A stretch of 64,000 nucleotides of DNA from Octopus vulgaris. Its lineage: Eukaryota. The translations under genes were made by a program, and so were the position numbers. The stretch spans positions 62,310,001 to 62,374,000 of the forward strand of contig OX597820.1 in the NCBI GenBank assembly GCA_951406725.2. Reading direction: 5' to 3'. Shown in pieces: positions 28,480 to 42,177 of the stretch (position 1 is its first letter; every line of letters starts with the position of its first letter). Below the pieces are notes generated by a model, which had not been told where the DNA came from, searched no databases, and was given only the letters and a program-made list of their open reading frames with translations.

Positions 28480-28487
<8 letters not shown>
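28004..28487. repeat. Long inverted repeat, 223-bp arms, within (TA)n
   Basis: Arms 28004-28226 and 28265-28487, one mismatch seen; 38-bp AT spacer. Confidence 0.95.
28392..28454 (+). ncRNA. Type-I hammerhead ribozyme-like motif (mirrored on - in the left arm)
   Basis: Stem I AGAUAA/UUAUCU, core CCGAAGA (U4C), stem II GAUG/CAUC, GAAAC, near-palindromic stem III ACUC-A-GAGU, GUU triplet. Confidence 0.55.
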
Positions 28488-28538
<51 letters not shown>

Positions 28539-28791
28539 CATGTCGGACACCCAAGAGGGTATACCAACAACGTACTATGCAACGTAACGCGCGCTTTGGA
28601 CCAGGCCCTAGGCGCTACATACTTTTAGGGTTGGTTTTCGCTGTATACACTATCCTATTTGATACTTACCAGCCATAGGCCGGAACCATAAGTTTATCTA
28701 ACCCTACCTGGTGCATATCATTTTCAAGTACCTGATTCTGTCTTAATCCCTTAATCTTTCTCTCTCTAGCTATTTATTTATCAATATATCA

Positions 28792-28851
<60 letters not shown>

Positions 28852-29242
28852 ATCCTTCGAATATCGCGGGTGTTACGTTACAAAAACCCCTGCGATATGT
28901 GAACTGTGATTATATGTTTCTGTATATATATATATATATTGTATAAGGATCGTGGGTAAGGCAAATGGAAAGTGAAGTAGATGCAAGGTAAATCACAAGA
29001 AGACAAATATATGAATTAATGTAGACTTTCCTTGTATTCAATATTTCGAGGCTATGATTCCATTTTCAAGAAATTCATGAATTGATTACATGGATAACTC
29101 TGCGAATTGGCCGTAATCCTAAGCATGCCAATTGGTTAAATAAATATCAAATATTAAATATATTCACATCTTTCTTAACCCTAGACTTTATGGTTGATGT
29201 ATAACATAAGTGTGTGTATATGTGTGTATATGTTTGAGAGTT

Positions 29243-29478
29243 TTATTCTTTTCTTTCTTTTATTCTTTTATTTGCTTCAGTCATTTGACTGCGGCCATGC
29301 TGGAGCACCGCCTTTAGTCGACCAAATCGATCCCAGGACTTATTCTTTGTAAACTTAGTACTTACTCTATTGGTCTCTCTAACCGAGCCACTAAGTGACG
29401 GGGACGTAAACACACCAGCATCGGTTGTCAAGAGATGTTGGGGGGACAAACACAGACACACAAACATATACACACACA

Positions 29479-29558
<80 letters not shown>

Positions 29559-29714
29559 ACGACGGGCTTCTTTCAGTTTCCGTCTACCACATCCACTTTC
29601 GTCGACCCGAGGCGATAGTAGAAGTCACTTGCCCAAGGTGCCAAGCAGTGGAACTGAACCCGGAATCATTTGGTTGATAAGCTATCTACTTACCACACAG
29701 CCACTTCTGTGTCT
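29243..29714 (-). mobile_element. SINE family B
   Basis: Reverse complement of 14886-15290. Confidence 0.9.
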
Positions 29715-30059
29715 ATATATGTGTATATATATTTAAATGTTCGTGATTAAGCTTAGAGGTTTCAACATTTATGACGGGCAATTTCTCTGAAAAATGAAAA
29801 TTTCTATATTTGATCAAAATATAAAATGTAAATGGTCCAAAAGAAACGGTGAAACATTTGTAGACGATTCAGAGCCATTATAATCGTTGAATCATCGTTA
29901 AGTAACTTTAAATCAAACACAATATATGCGTATTAACATTATTGAAATACTGACAAAATCTCAATTAATTCATATTGTAATTTGATATTGTAGCAGTACA
30001 TATACATACATACATACGTATATTCATACTTACATACATACATACATACATATATATAC

Positions 30060-30107
<48 letters not shown>

Positions 30108-30379
30108 ATATATGCATATATATGTATATATATAAGTAGATATATATATATATATACATGCATATATGTATATATGCATATATGTATATAAATATATGTA
30201 TATATATATATATATATGTATATAAATATATGTATATATATATATATATATAATATGAATACCCACACATATGCATACATATATGACGTGCTATATCCCT
30301 GTATGGGTCACACGGTATATCCAGATATATGTATGCGCAATTGGATTTCAGTAAGATCTAGCTGTTACTTCTAGCAGAT

Positions 30380-31320
30380 TGTGTGATTGTGCAGGCTCTA
30401 TCTTTTTACCTTTAAATACAACCAGAAAGGTATTTTTATTCAGGCCTAGCAATAATGCAATGATTCTGCAAGAAAAAGTGGATTGGGGAAAGAAACTGAA
30501 TTACGAAATAAACACAAACAAAGTAAGACAGGAAAAAAAAAAACTAATCTTTTCCAGCCCACCGTTTAGTATGAATGTAGTGACAAATCTAACAAGAAAT
30601 TTCCTTATTTTTATTAAAGAAAAAAAAAACATATCTCCACAAATACCTCAAATGCAATATGCTGTCAACAAATTCAGCGTAAAAGCTAATCATAGCTGCG
30701 CAAGAAACACCATCATCATCATCATAAAATGAAACAATGACATACCTTTAAATAAGCTCAACTCGCAACTTGCATGCACTTGCAACAAAACTAATATCTA
30801 CTCAATGGCAATTGCCTCTTAATTTCTCTTATGCCAGGAGCCAAATTTCATCTGAAAATTGCTCTGTGAAAAACCACATCTTGCTTCTAAAAAACCGTTC
30901 AAGTGCAGGTACACTCAGGACAATGAATTCTTATTCCAGATTCAGATCCGATATGGAAATTTCAGCACTTGATAAAAGAACGGATGAAAATATAATTGCT
31001 TTCTCCGGCAAGGACAGTAGAATTCTCAGTCACTTTAATACAAAGTATGACATATAAGTAAAAGTAATGTCGAAGTGATCCATTATAATATACATGCATC
31101 TACGAGAGTATTCCACCTGACGGTCCCAAAGCCCCGTTAGCATCACATATTGCAGCATTAATACCAAAATGCACACTTACCAATAACATAACATTTCATA
31201 CACTAAATGAATAGGTCTCTTTAGGAACATCTATACTATTAGAAATAGTACCCTAATGATATTGAATTCAAACTCAACCAACATAAACAAGTATACGTCT
31301 TGCAAAAACGAAAATAAGGC
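30380..31320 (+). pseudogene. Penelope-like element relic (RT thumb/linker to GIY-YIG)
   Basis: LIFSSPPFSMNVVTNLTRNFL..KANHSC resembles the PLE pattern IWFNPPYSxNVxTNxxxxFL..KISYSC. It is followed by CTC..LNGNCL. Confidence 0.65.
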
Positions 31321-31329
31321 ATGTCAACA

Positions 31330-32230
31330 TTTTAAAGTAATTTTACTCTCTGCAAGCACGTTCAGTATTGAAGTGAGGCCGAGTTATATATTGGTTGAAT
31401 ATGCGAATAATGTTTTATAGGGATTCTATTCCTAAAAAAAGATTTTCATGCCACCTATAGAGAAGAGATGCTTTACATTTTGTCCATAGCATCTGTACCC
31501 TCGGCAAGTTTAATAAGGGAATCAGAGCAAAGCAGAAAAGTAGTGAGGCGACTATTCTCAGGACAAATTCTTCTTATTGATATAGTGTTAGTTTCAGTAG
31601 ACTTTACTCAACTCTTTAATAATAATGACTGATATATATCATCGAATGTTTGATACATTTCAGCAGTGTTGGAACTACTTTATTCGTGTGGAGTGACTCC
31701 AGTATCAATCTTTGTGAAATGTCATTGAAAACCTACTAATTGTCAATCTATGCAATGTTTAGGTGGTGGCTTTTCCGTTTTGTGTTCTCTTTTTACCATG
31801 TTTTTAATAGCATGCTTCACTAGTAGCTGTTTTTTAAAACCATACATCTTTTTCCGGTGTCACTTTTTTGTTCTTCTCATAATAATATTGTTGTCCAGAT
31901 ACGTTACTCGCTGGTCGTCGTTAGTATGAAAGGTTTATATCTTGTTGATAATCCTTTAATTTTGTCGGGTAGAAGGTGCTTTAGAAGTAGAAGATTTTTA
32001 CAGCATTTTCCTCTCTAGACCCGTGCTGATTCTATTCTGATTAATATTTTACTAAATGTTGTTATGCATTCATGAGCATTGCTGATGTACATTAGCCTCA
32101 GGCTGAGGACTACGTCTGTTCCTGATGTTTTCTAGTTACTTGAGGTTCTCAACGTGTCAGTGATTTCCTTACTGGTGATGGTGAGCCATGTCTATCTTGC
32201 TATTGTACTGTTTCTTACTTTTCTCTTCTA
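31330..32230 (-). pseudogene. Possible heavily decayed PLE RT N-terminal region, inverted relative to 30380-31320
   Basis: Weak echoes of PLE motifs (EA..K..KEN, FDDIYQSLLLK) among many stops. Confidence 0.25.
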
Positions 32231-32317
32231 ATCTATGGTGTTTTTTTTTGTTTTGATTTCTTCTGTTTCATATTCACTCCGCTTATGTCTAAACACTATC
32301 ATCATGATTGTATTAAG

Positions 32318-32530
32318 TTGGCGATCTAGAAGAATCGTTAGAGCGCCGGGCAAAATGCTTAGCGGCATTTCGTCCGTTTTTATGTTCTGGGTTTAAATTC
32401 CGTCGAGTACGACTTTGCCGTTCATCCTTTTGGGGTCGATGATAAAATAAGAACCAGTTGGGTACTGGGGTCGATGTAATCTATTTGTCCCCTCCCCAAA
32501 AAATTTCAGGCTTTGTGCCTATAGTAGAAA
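32318..32530 (+). mobile_element. SINE family A, diverged
   Basis: Same head and body motifs as 779-970. Confidence 0.8.
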
Positions 32531-32840
32531 TGATTATCTTTTCCTTGTACCTAGATTTTTTTGTTTTATTATTTGGTTCAAAGACGGATAAGTGCATATA
32601 CAGCTCTTTATGTGGAAACATTTTTCTTCTAGGCAAAGCTTGAATTTTGCGTTCACTTCCAAGGTATCCTTCTGCTTTATTTATGGAATATAGTGTATTT
32701 TGGAGTCTTGATTTTCATTTTCATATGAATATAACTTTGTTATTGTAATCATTATCATCATCATCATCAACAACAACCCCCTCCTCCGCATCTTCAATAT
32801 TCTTCTTCATCTTCTTCTTCTTCTTCTTCTTCTTCTTCTT

Positions 32841-32934
<94 letters not shown>

Positions 32935-33058
32935 GTTAGTGGTTTATCTTTAATTAAGTGAAAGGACCCTTGGCGATTTTCTCATGTGTGTGTTAATAAA
33001 CATAATATAAAATGTCTTACTAGACTTTACAGTCATCTTTGTAATCAGACATTGCCAA

Positions 33059-33145
<87 letters not shown>

Positions 33146-33399
33146 TCTGAAATATATAAATACGTACTATGAAAAAACAAACATATTCTGTATTATGCGT
33201 GTGTGTATGCTTGTGTGTATGCTTGTGTGTATGCTTGTGTATCTGTGTGTGTATTTATGTGCAAAATCAAATGTATATATCCATGAAGATGCTGCTATGT
33301 TAAGAGAGAAAGTAAAAAAGGGTAGAAAAAGAAAGATTCAGGGGAACCTACAAATATCCACATGCGTTCATTAATGAATGATTTGATTAAAACATTCAA

Positions 33400-33669
<270 letters not shown>

Positions 33670-34543
33670 CAATAAGGGTGAGAAAATTTTATACTAATTC
33701 AATAGTACATCCATTTAACACCTAGTGGCTTAGTACATATAAAACCCGGATTTTCATACATTTTATATATAAATATAAGAGAGCGACCACTATGTGGTCT
33801 ACTCTAGCACTAAAATAGATCCATTGGGCTTCAGCCACATCAAAAATGTGTCCGATGAATATTAGCACAACTACTGGCGCAGACAGGGCAAATAAACATA
33901 ACAAAAATTCAAATTATATATATATATATTTATCCCACACACACGGTGAGCTATATTTAACACGCACAGAGACAAACGTAAATAGATGGGTAGATAGATA
34001 GACAGATGAACAGATAATTCGATAGATACCAGGAGAGAGAGAAACAGGGGGAGGGAGAAAGAATCAGAGAGAGAGAGAGACGGGGAGAGAGTGGGACACA
34101 ATGAGGGCAGCATGGAGAAGACGAACGAATGGATGGTTTAGTTGGATGGACTGATTAATAATTGTTGGGATGAATAAACCAGGAAGTCATACTGATATTG
34201 GAGATGGAAATAACAATAAACAGCGCCATTTTAAACACATAAGCGACAAGAGATTTATGGTATTTCAAATTGTAAAAACCATTTCTTTAATTCGCTGAAT
34301 ATTGTATATTTATTGCATTATTTTTATGGTTTCAAATATTATTATTAGATTCGGTAAATCAAAACCTAAAATTCATAGATTCTAAATTCGATTTTCTTAT
34401 GGTTTTTGACTTACATTGTACGTCGTCCATCTTTAATTCTAGGTCGGTAAAATGATGCTCGTTCATTTCATGTAAGTGTCTTATTATGAGAGCATTCGGC
34501 CGTAAACTACATTCTCCCACACTAGACATATCCGCTCTCGGGT

Positions 34544-34609
<66 letters not shown>

Positions 34610-34656
34610 CCCACTTTCTTATACAAATGTAAATAATAATGACTCACACGTGTATG

Positions 34657-34693
<37 letters not shown>

Positions 34694-34754
34694 TTGTATG
34701 CTCATAATTTTACATATGTACACATATAGACATATACACAAGGATGTGTGTATG

Positions 34755-34816
<62 letters not shown>

Positions 34817-34970
34817 AGTAGTTGAATGAATTATCTTATTAAGGATAATTCGAAAGATGACCGATACCTGGGTGGCAAATTTACATCAGAAAGAACACGG
34901 TTGAAGCTACGTCCATAGGGCATAGACTACGTGTCTTCGTGCGGAAATTTGTATGTTTATTTTAAAATTA

Positions 34971-35267
34971 TAAGTATATGAAAGAATGGAGTTGAACGAA
35001 TAGTTAACAAATATCCTTTATTCTCGACATATGTTTCGAAGGCTGCATATTCCTAATTCCGAAGGAATAAGGAGTACATTATGCAGATTTCTCATCAAGA
35101 AAATCAAGGAACTTATGTCGACATCGAAATGCACAAAAACAAAAGAGAAATCTGCATAATGTACTCCTTATTCCTTCGGAATTAGGAATATGCAGCCTTC
35201 GAAACATATGTCGAGAATAAAGGATATTTGTTAACTATTCGTTCAACTCCATTCTTTCATATACTTA
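34971..35267. repeat. Inverted repeat, 123-bp arms, in a (TA)n-flanked insert
   Basis: Arms 34971-35093 and 35145-35267, no mismatch seen. Confidence 0.95.
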
Positions 35268-35270
35268 ACA

Positions 35271-35321
<51 letters not shown>

Positions 35322-35445
35322 AGCGGGATCAGCCATCTGAATGTGGCTAGGGACAGGGCGGGGTGGTGGGGCACATTCAGATGGCTGATCCCGCTTATAT
35401 TACAGAGCAGTTACTGTTTATACCTCGCTCAGAGATTTATTATTG

Positions 35446-35486
<41 letters not shown>

Positions 35487-36040
35487 TATATATAGAGATA
35501 TTTGTGTTTATGTGTGTATTTGTGTGTGCGTGTGTGTGTATATATATATATTTCCATGTATTTACACATTGATATATGTATGCATGTTTGTAAGTATGCA
35601 TGTATGCATACATGCATGTATGTATGTATGTATTTATGTATGTTCCCGGTGCGTTACAGACGTTTTCGGGCGCCTTTAGAAGCGGCCCTTATAGCTGGTC
35701 TAGATCATTTAGTATATCATTACTATCATTACTATAGTAATGATTTAGTATATCATTACTATTAATAAGCTGACGCGCCACCTTTTAGGAGACAGCACTT
35801 TGAACAAACCCTACTGCACACTGCTTGTGACACCTGTCTAGTTTGCAGAATGCATTCATTGTAGGAATAGTATTTTGGAAGTTCGCTATGCAATAAATGT
35901 TTCTTAACCTGGATAAATTAAGTGGTATGAGACAAAAATCTACTCCCATCGGCACAACAGCTTTAAGGACTATAGAGAGGAGCTGAGAGTTGATGAAATG
36001 TGTGGAAGTGAAAGGGACATCAGAGTTCGCTGAGAAACGG

Positions 36041-36415
36041 TGTAGGAGGGGTTGTGTGGTAAGTAACTTACTAACGAGCCACATGGTTCCGGGTTCAGTC
36101 CCACTGCGTGGTAACTTGGGCAAGTGTCTTCTACTATAGCCTCGGGCCGCCCAAAGTCTTGTGAATGGATGTATATATATATGTGTGTGTGTATGTGTAT
36201 ATGTTTGTGTGTCTGTGTCTGTCCCCCCAACATCGCTTGACAACCGATGCTTTTGTGTTTGCCTCCTCGTAACCTAGCGGTTCGGCAAAAGATACCGATA
36301 TAGAATAAGTACTAGGCTTAGAAAGAATAAGTCCTTTGGTCGATTTGGTCGACTAAAAGCAGTGCTCCAGCATGGCTACAGTCAAATGACTGAAACAAGT
36401 AAAAGTAGTAACAGA
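36041..36415 (+). mobile_element. SINE family B
   Basis: Same head, CORE and tail motifs. Confidence 0.88.
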
Positions 36416-36464
36416 GTAATCTTTTTAGATGAAGAGCATGCGGTGGAGCTGGAGCGACAACTGT

Positions 36465-37170
36465 ATACAGAATTATACTGGAAGATCCGGACATGCGCAG
36501 AATTTGTCGAAACTTTTTCCCAGAGAGCTCAGTAGTAACGAGAAAGAAAGGCGCGCTGGTGACAGCAGGGAGATTTTTGAGCTCGTTACCTCTAGTCTAA
36601 GACTACTTAAATCTCTCGTGAACTGTAATGGAAGCTGGATCGACTTTTATGAGCCAAAAACCAAGAAACAAAGTCCTCAGTGAAAGCATACTGGTTCCCC
36701 AAGACACAGGAACCCCATGCAAAGCAAGTATATCTAGAATATTACGATGAACCACTTTTTCGACAGTGAGGATGTCCTCGACAACCACTAGCTTCTCTGT
36801 CGTCAGACTATCAACAAGGCGTAATTTTGGGGGAAATTTGCGGATGTCCAGGAAGAGATTTCTTCATAAAAGAGCAGCGCTCGTCCAACAGGTCAGTGGC
36901 ATCTGAGGTGGCACCACTCCACAATTCCATCATGGTAACCAACTAAATGACAGAGATAGGCATCAACTCTGTCTCCTCACCCTCCGTTCAATTGCGACCT
37001 TGCTCGTTGTGCCTTTGTTCGTTCCTAAAGCTGAAGGAAAACGTCAGGTAGAGTTGTTTTGAAGACATAGAGCAGATAAAAGAGACTATGACAAGGGTTC
37101 TGGGTAATTTGACCTTGGGGGGCGTCTGTGAAGCTTCCATGAATTAGCTGTCATGCTACAGGAACGGCAT
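36465..37170 (+). pseudogene. Mariner transposase relic
   Basis: LVNCNGSWIDFYEPKTKKQS (~IVTGDETWI.YDPETKRQS), HPP..DLA.C.F..PKLKE (~HPPYSPDLAP), FEDIEQIK. Confidence 0.75.
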
Positions 37171-37201
37171 TGAAGTCATACGATTCAGCTTCAAAAGAAA
37201 T

Positions 37202-37271
<70 letters not shown>

Positions 37272-37308
37272 TATGTATGTATGTATGTATGTATGTATGT
37301 ATGCATGC

Positions 37309-37353
<45 letters not shown>

Positions 37354-37436
37354 ATGTATGTGTATATATATATGCGTACACACACTCAAACACACACACA
37401 CACAAACAAACAAGCACATACACATACATGTATATA

Positions 37437-38539
37437 GCTTAGATATCTTAGATTGGTTTCAGCCATTATCGGTCCAGGTCATGAATAACTCAATAGCACC
37501 ACCTGGCAAAAATATTTTAATTAATTATTTCGAGACACAATGGACCACTCAAGCAGAGAGTTGTTGTTATCTGAGACGTATCCAGGTGTTGGTAGTTTAT
37601 CCGGTTTTTCCTGGAGAAATTCGTCCAGGTACCGTTGGAAAGTTGTCGGGTCTTTTTCTACTTTAATTTCTTTCAGAATAACATTGGAAAGAGCAGCACC
37701 ATTTGCAGTGAAGAAATTGTGCAGCAATGTTCTTATGCGATGTGATCTGGACATTTGTAGGGGATGAATTGCACGGGGCCCAGTCTTGGGTCGACCGTAA
37801 ACATAATACCGATATCATTTGGATAATATAGGTGGAATATGTTCCACATGGTGCAAATAACGTACCGCTCACGTTTCAGCTCTTGAGGTTGAACTCAATA
37901 ATCAAGTCCCTTCATGTCATTTAATTTTTTAGTTATTGATCTTTATGGCGCTTCGATCCTCATTATGTCAAGATTTTTTGTAGGGGAACCAGAATGGGCC
38001 GCAGTATTCGAAGTGGGGCCTAGCAAATGTAGGGAGGAGAAGGATGATGTTTTCATGATCCCTAGATTGAAAAGTTCTGAGGATCCATGAGCACATTCTG
38101 CGTGCAACATCTACTTTTTTGTTAAGTGTACACTCCAGCTAACGTTGCTGTCGACAGTTACACCTAAGTCTCTGATATTATCTGACGGTTCAAGTAGGTC
38201 TCCCGACGGTAGTGTATGTCATAGTTTGAGCGTGCCCTCTTTTCCAGAGTGGATAAACTCAAATTTTCCTTCGTTCAGCCGAATATTGTGATTCTGTACC
38301 CACTGGGTAATTGCGCATAGGTCCGATGGAAGCGTCAGATGCACCTTTAATGACTTTCTGAAGCTTAGAGTCATCTGCAGATATTTTAATGGTGTTATGT
38401 TCAATGGAATCTGCAATGTCATTGATATAGACAATGAAAAGAAGTGGACCCTGCAGGACTCCGCTGATGATTTTGCTAGTCTTTAGTGGATGCCATCAAC
38501 CACACATGCTAGGTCCTGTTTGTTAGGAAATACTTAACC

Positions 38540-38540
<1 letters not shown>
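37437..38540 (-). mobile_element. Degenerate CR1-type LINE, 3' portion (different family)
   Basis: Minus-strand QGPLLFIVYIND, ADDSKL, FQRYLDEFLQEKPDKL; tail of (ATCTAAG)2. Confidence 0.8.
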
Positions 38541-38593
<53 letters not shown>

Positions 38594-39415
38594 GAATGAA
38601 GTAGTTAAATTCCAGCCTGCATATGTTTCATAGTTAATGGAATTTCAAAAGTAGTAATTATCCAAACGAAGGGTAGACTACAAGCTACTCATCAGGCCAA
38701 AGATACCTTGATTATGAACTGCTTAAAGCTCACTAACTTCCTACAATTTGATGTATGTATTATCTATCTATGAATACAAACACATACCCACATATGTAAT
38801 AATACACATACACATATATTCATGTCCTAATGCAGACACACAGACAGACAGACAAATAGATAGATTGATAGTTAGTTAAACATATATTTAGTCGCACTTT
38901 AGAATGTTTTTTTTTCTGTTGATGCATATCATTCCTTCCAAAATACAACAGTTTGTGTTTCAGCATTCAGTTTCAGATTAAGAACCTTGTAAAACACCAA
39001 AGAAATAAATGGTACAATCAAGTAAAAGAAACTTGCACCAAGTGCCGCTCTCTAGGACTGAACTCAGCACCATGTGGTCGGGAAACAATGTACGCACTAG
39101 AAAACCGCGCCTGCACATGTACCGTTATTGGTTTTATTGATATTTATTCATTTATTGCATTAAGACTTGTTAATATATTTCTTCTAAATCCTTTACCAGT
39201 TTTATTTTCAATATGAAATGATGTTATATATAGCCTGTTGGTCACAAAATAATCAGTATATATTATTATAACTGATAAAATCGCCAAACGCTAGATTAAA
39301 AAATTATAGACCGGTAAGCCTTAGTATATTTCATGAATTATTTTACAAGAAATGTACCTAGGCAATAACTTTTGCTGTGAATTTTGGTGTTAATAAAGAT
39401 TCCTTTCTTTGCTAA

Positions 39416-39770
39416 GGCGGCTATCTGGCAGAAACGTTAGTACGCCGGGCAAAATGCTTAGCGATATTTCGTCTGCCGAGGTCGACTTTGCCTTTCATCC
39501 TTTCGGGATCGATTAAATAAGTACCTGTTACGCACTGGAGTCGATGTAATCGACTTAATCCGTGTGTCTGTCCTTGTTTGTCCCCTCTATGTTTAGCCCC
39601 TTGTGGGTACTAAAGAAATAAGTATTTCGTCTGTATTTACGTTTTGAGTTCAAATTCCGCCGAAGTCGATTTTGCCTTTCATCCTTTCGGGATCGATAAA
39701 ATTAAGTACCAGCTGCGTACTGGTGTCGATATAATCGACTTCCACCTCCCCCGAAATTTCGGGCCTTGTG
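39416..39770 (+). mobile_element. SINE family A composite: Tx1-tailed copy followed by a head-truncated copy
   Basis: Tail ends TAAAGAAATA at 39620 and continues into AGTATTTCGTCTG. Confidence 0.85.
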
Positions 39771-41363
39771 AGTTGAACAGGATAAAGATTCCTTTGTTAT
39801 TTTGCTTTATACTATTTCATATAAATTTGTATACAATTTTAATGGTATTAGCTAATGTTTTTGCTTTCTAATTTTAATTTGTAATGTAACTGCATGATCA
39901 ACCAACAGGTAAGTGTTGTTCTTGCGTATCTGATATAATAGTTTAAATCACAGCGTTTACATATTTCGTGTTTATATTGAAATTTGTATATTACATTAGT
40001 TATCCGAAGTAACTTTTTGGTTTACTAATTCTTTATTTTTTTTCGTATTGTGTTGGTGATGCGAATCTTCATTCTGGTGTTTTAGTAATATATTGTGACA
40101 ATGATTCAGTGTTTAGATGTGATATACGTTGCGCTGTTTTATGAGATTTTAATGACACAGCCAGCCATAGTTCTTGTATTCTTCGATATGTATAATTTGT
40201 TTATTTTAGTGAATGATGCAGCTACTAGTGTGTTTGAGTTTATACTTGTATTATTCTATAGTCTGGTCTATCAATCTGTTAGGGCACACCTCATTATCTA
40301 ACGTTTGTTTACACATTAAGTTAAATTATCATCAAAAATAATTTATAAAACGATGGAATAAAAATAAAACAGACGCGAAAAACCTCATTACAAGAAATTA
40401 TTTAACGCTTCTTTAAACAAAAAAATTTAATCGAACCTAAGAAAGCAGTTATCTATAGATATTTTGTTTGCGGGAATACTCATTGCTACGCACATAAAAT
40501 AGTATTTGATAGCATTGTTTTGTGAATATTGAGGTACTATATATATTTTGTTCCCAACTCCTACGTTTTTATTTACGATTAAGTTTGCCCTATGGTTCGA
40601 AAAGGGCTACTTTGGATTGTAAATGGAAGAATGGCGCTATTTTAAAGGTCGTCTTTCATTTAATTTGACTGTTCATATGTATTAGGAATGAATTTATTCT
40701 CCAAGTTACACATAATGATTGCCTCGAATGATGGCCGGAATGAGGAGTCATTGCGAGGACATCCTCCAAGATGTATAGGTAACGTTGTGGACCGCGAAAG
40801 GGAACCTCCCAATTTCAGGCCAAAAGAAACATTTTAAGGATGTGTTCTAGTATACGAGATGACTTTATTGTATTATGTGTATATATTTGGCATCGGTGAT
40901 ATTGATAAAAATTTAAATTTTATCACATTCTTATAGAAAACCTAGGATTATAAGAGACGATCGTGTGCTGTGTCATCCTTGTTAGGACCATTTTAGGATC
41001 ATTTTTAGAATCCTTTTAAGCATAGGTATATTGATTTGAGAGATTCTAGACTTGTGGATTCAGGAATACTATGTTCCAAACTAAATATATATATAAAAAA
41101 CTAAGGTAATAAAAAAGTCTTTAACAAAAAGGGATTAAAGCGGAACACAGCTGAGATAGATAGCTGAATAGATAGAGAGATAGACATATAGTTAGATAGA
41201 TAGGCAGCTAGATAAATAGACACACACACATACACACACATATATATATATATAATAATAATAATAATAATATATATATATATATATGTATGTATGTATG
41301 TATGTAGGTATGTATGTATACGGGTAGATAAATAGACAGACAGATAGATAAATATATAGATAA

Positions 41364-41400
<37 letters not shown>

Positions 41401-42177
41401 GAGGTAGCTAGCTAGCTAGATAGATAGATAGTTAGGCAGTATTTCGAGAAAGCTATCTACTTATTTATCTATGTATACTGTATTTAAATGAAATCTCATT
41501 GGAACTCAACCAACCCGAAATATGTTGCACTTCATATCGTTGATAAAGCACTCATTCCATCTATTTATTTTGATTCGGGTTATTAAACACTGATTGCCTC
41601 CAGTGATACAGATGTAGTTCTTATACGATCTTCCTCACGTTTCCTCTCTCTTTCTCTAAACGTAATAAAAGTGTTTAACCTTCTTGCAACCTCCGGATAA
41701 CACAGTCTATCGATGCCATAATTATTTTAAAAGGCCTTCGGGTGCTACCGGTTTTATTTATCTTTGATGCATTGATGCAGCGGATTCTATCAAACATCTA
41801 TTTAAAACAGAAAGAAGATAATATTTTATTTATTTTTTAATCTTATTTTATATATAAATATTTATTTTCTTTTTCAAAAGAAGTTATCTTTATTAAAAAA
41901 TAAATTTTTAACAGAAATAAAATTCTGCTATTTTTTTTTTTCATTGAAAATTGAATTTTCGAAAAAGGAGAGGAAAAGCCAAAAAACCGGAATTTTCTTT
42001 ATATAATATAGTATAAATAATAGATATATCGGTAAAATATATTATTTTAAAAAGAGATATAAAATACAAAATACAATCATTGTGAGTGTGCATACACATA
42101 AAGGTAAGCGAGTATTGTAGACAAGCAGGCTATATTTTAATTGATTTATCACACATGTAAGCTGTATGTCTTCACAA

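Noticed and set aside
28664-28680. U1 snRNA-like start ATACTTACC
   Set aside because: The match stops after 9 nt and no U1 body follows.
40560-41090. Possible further PLE relic (minus-strand IVSYNPR)
   Set aside because: Only one short motif; too decayed to support.
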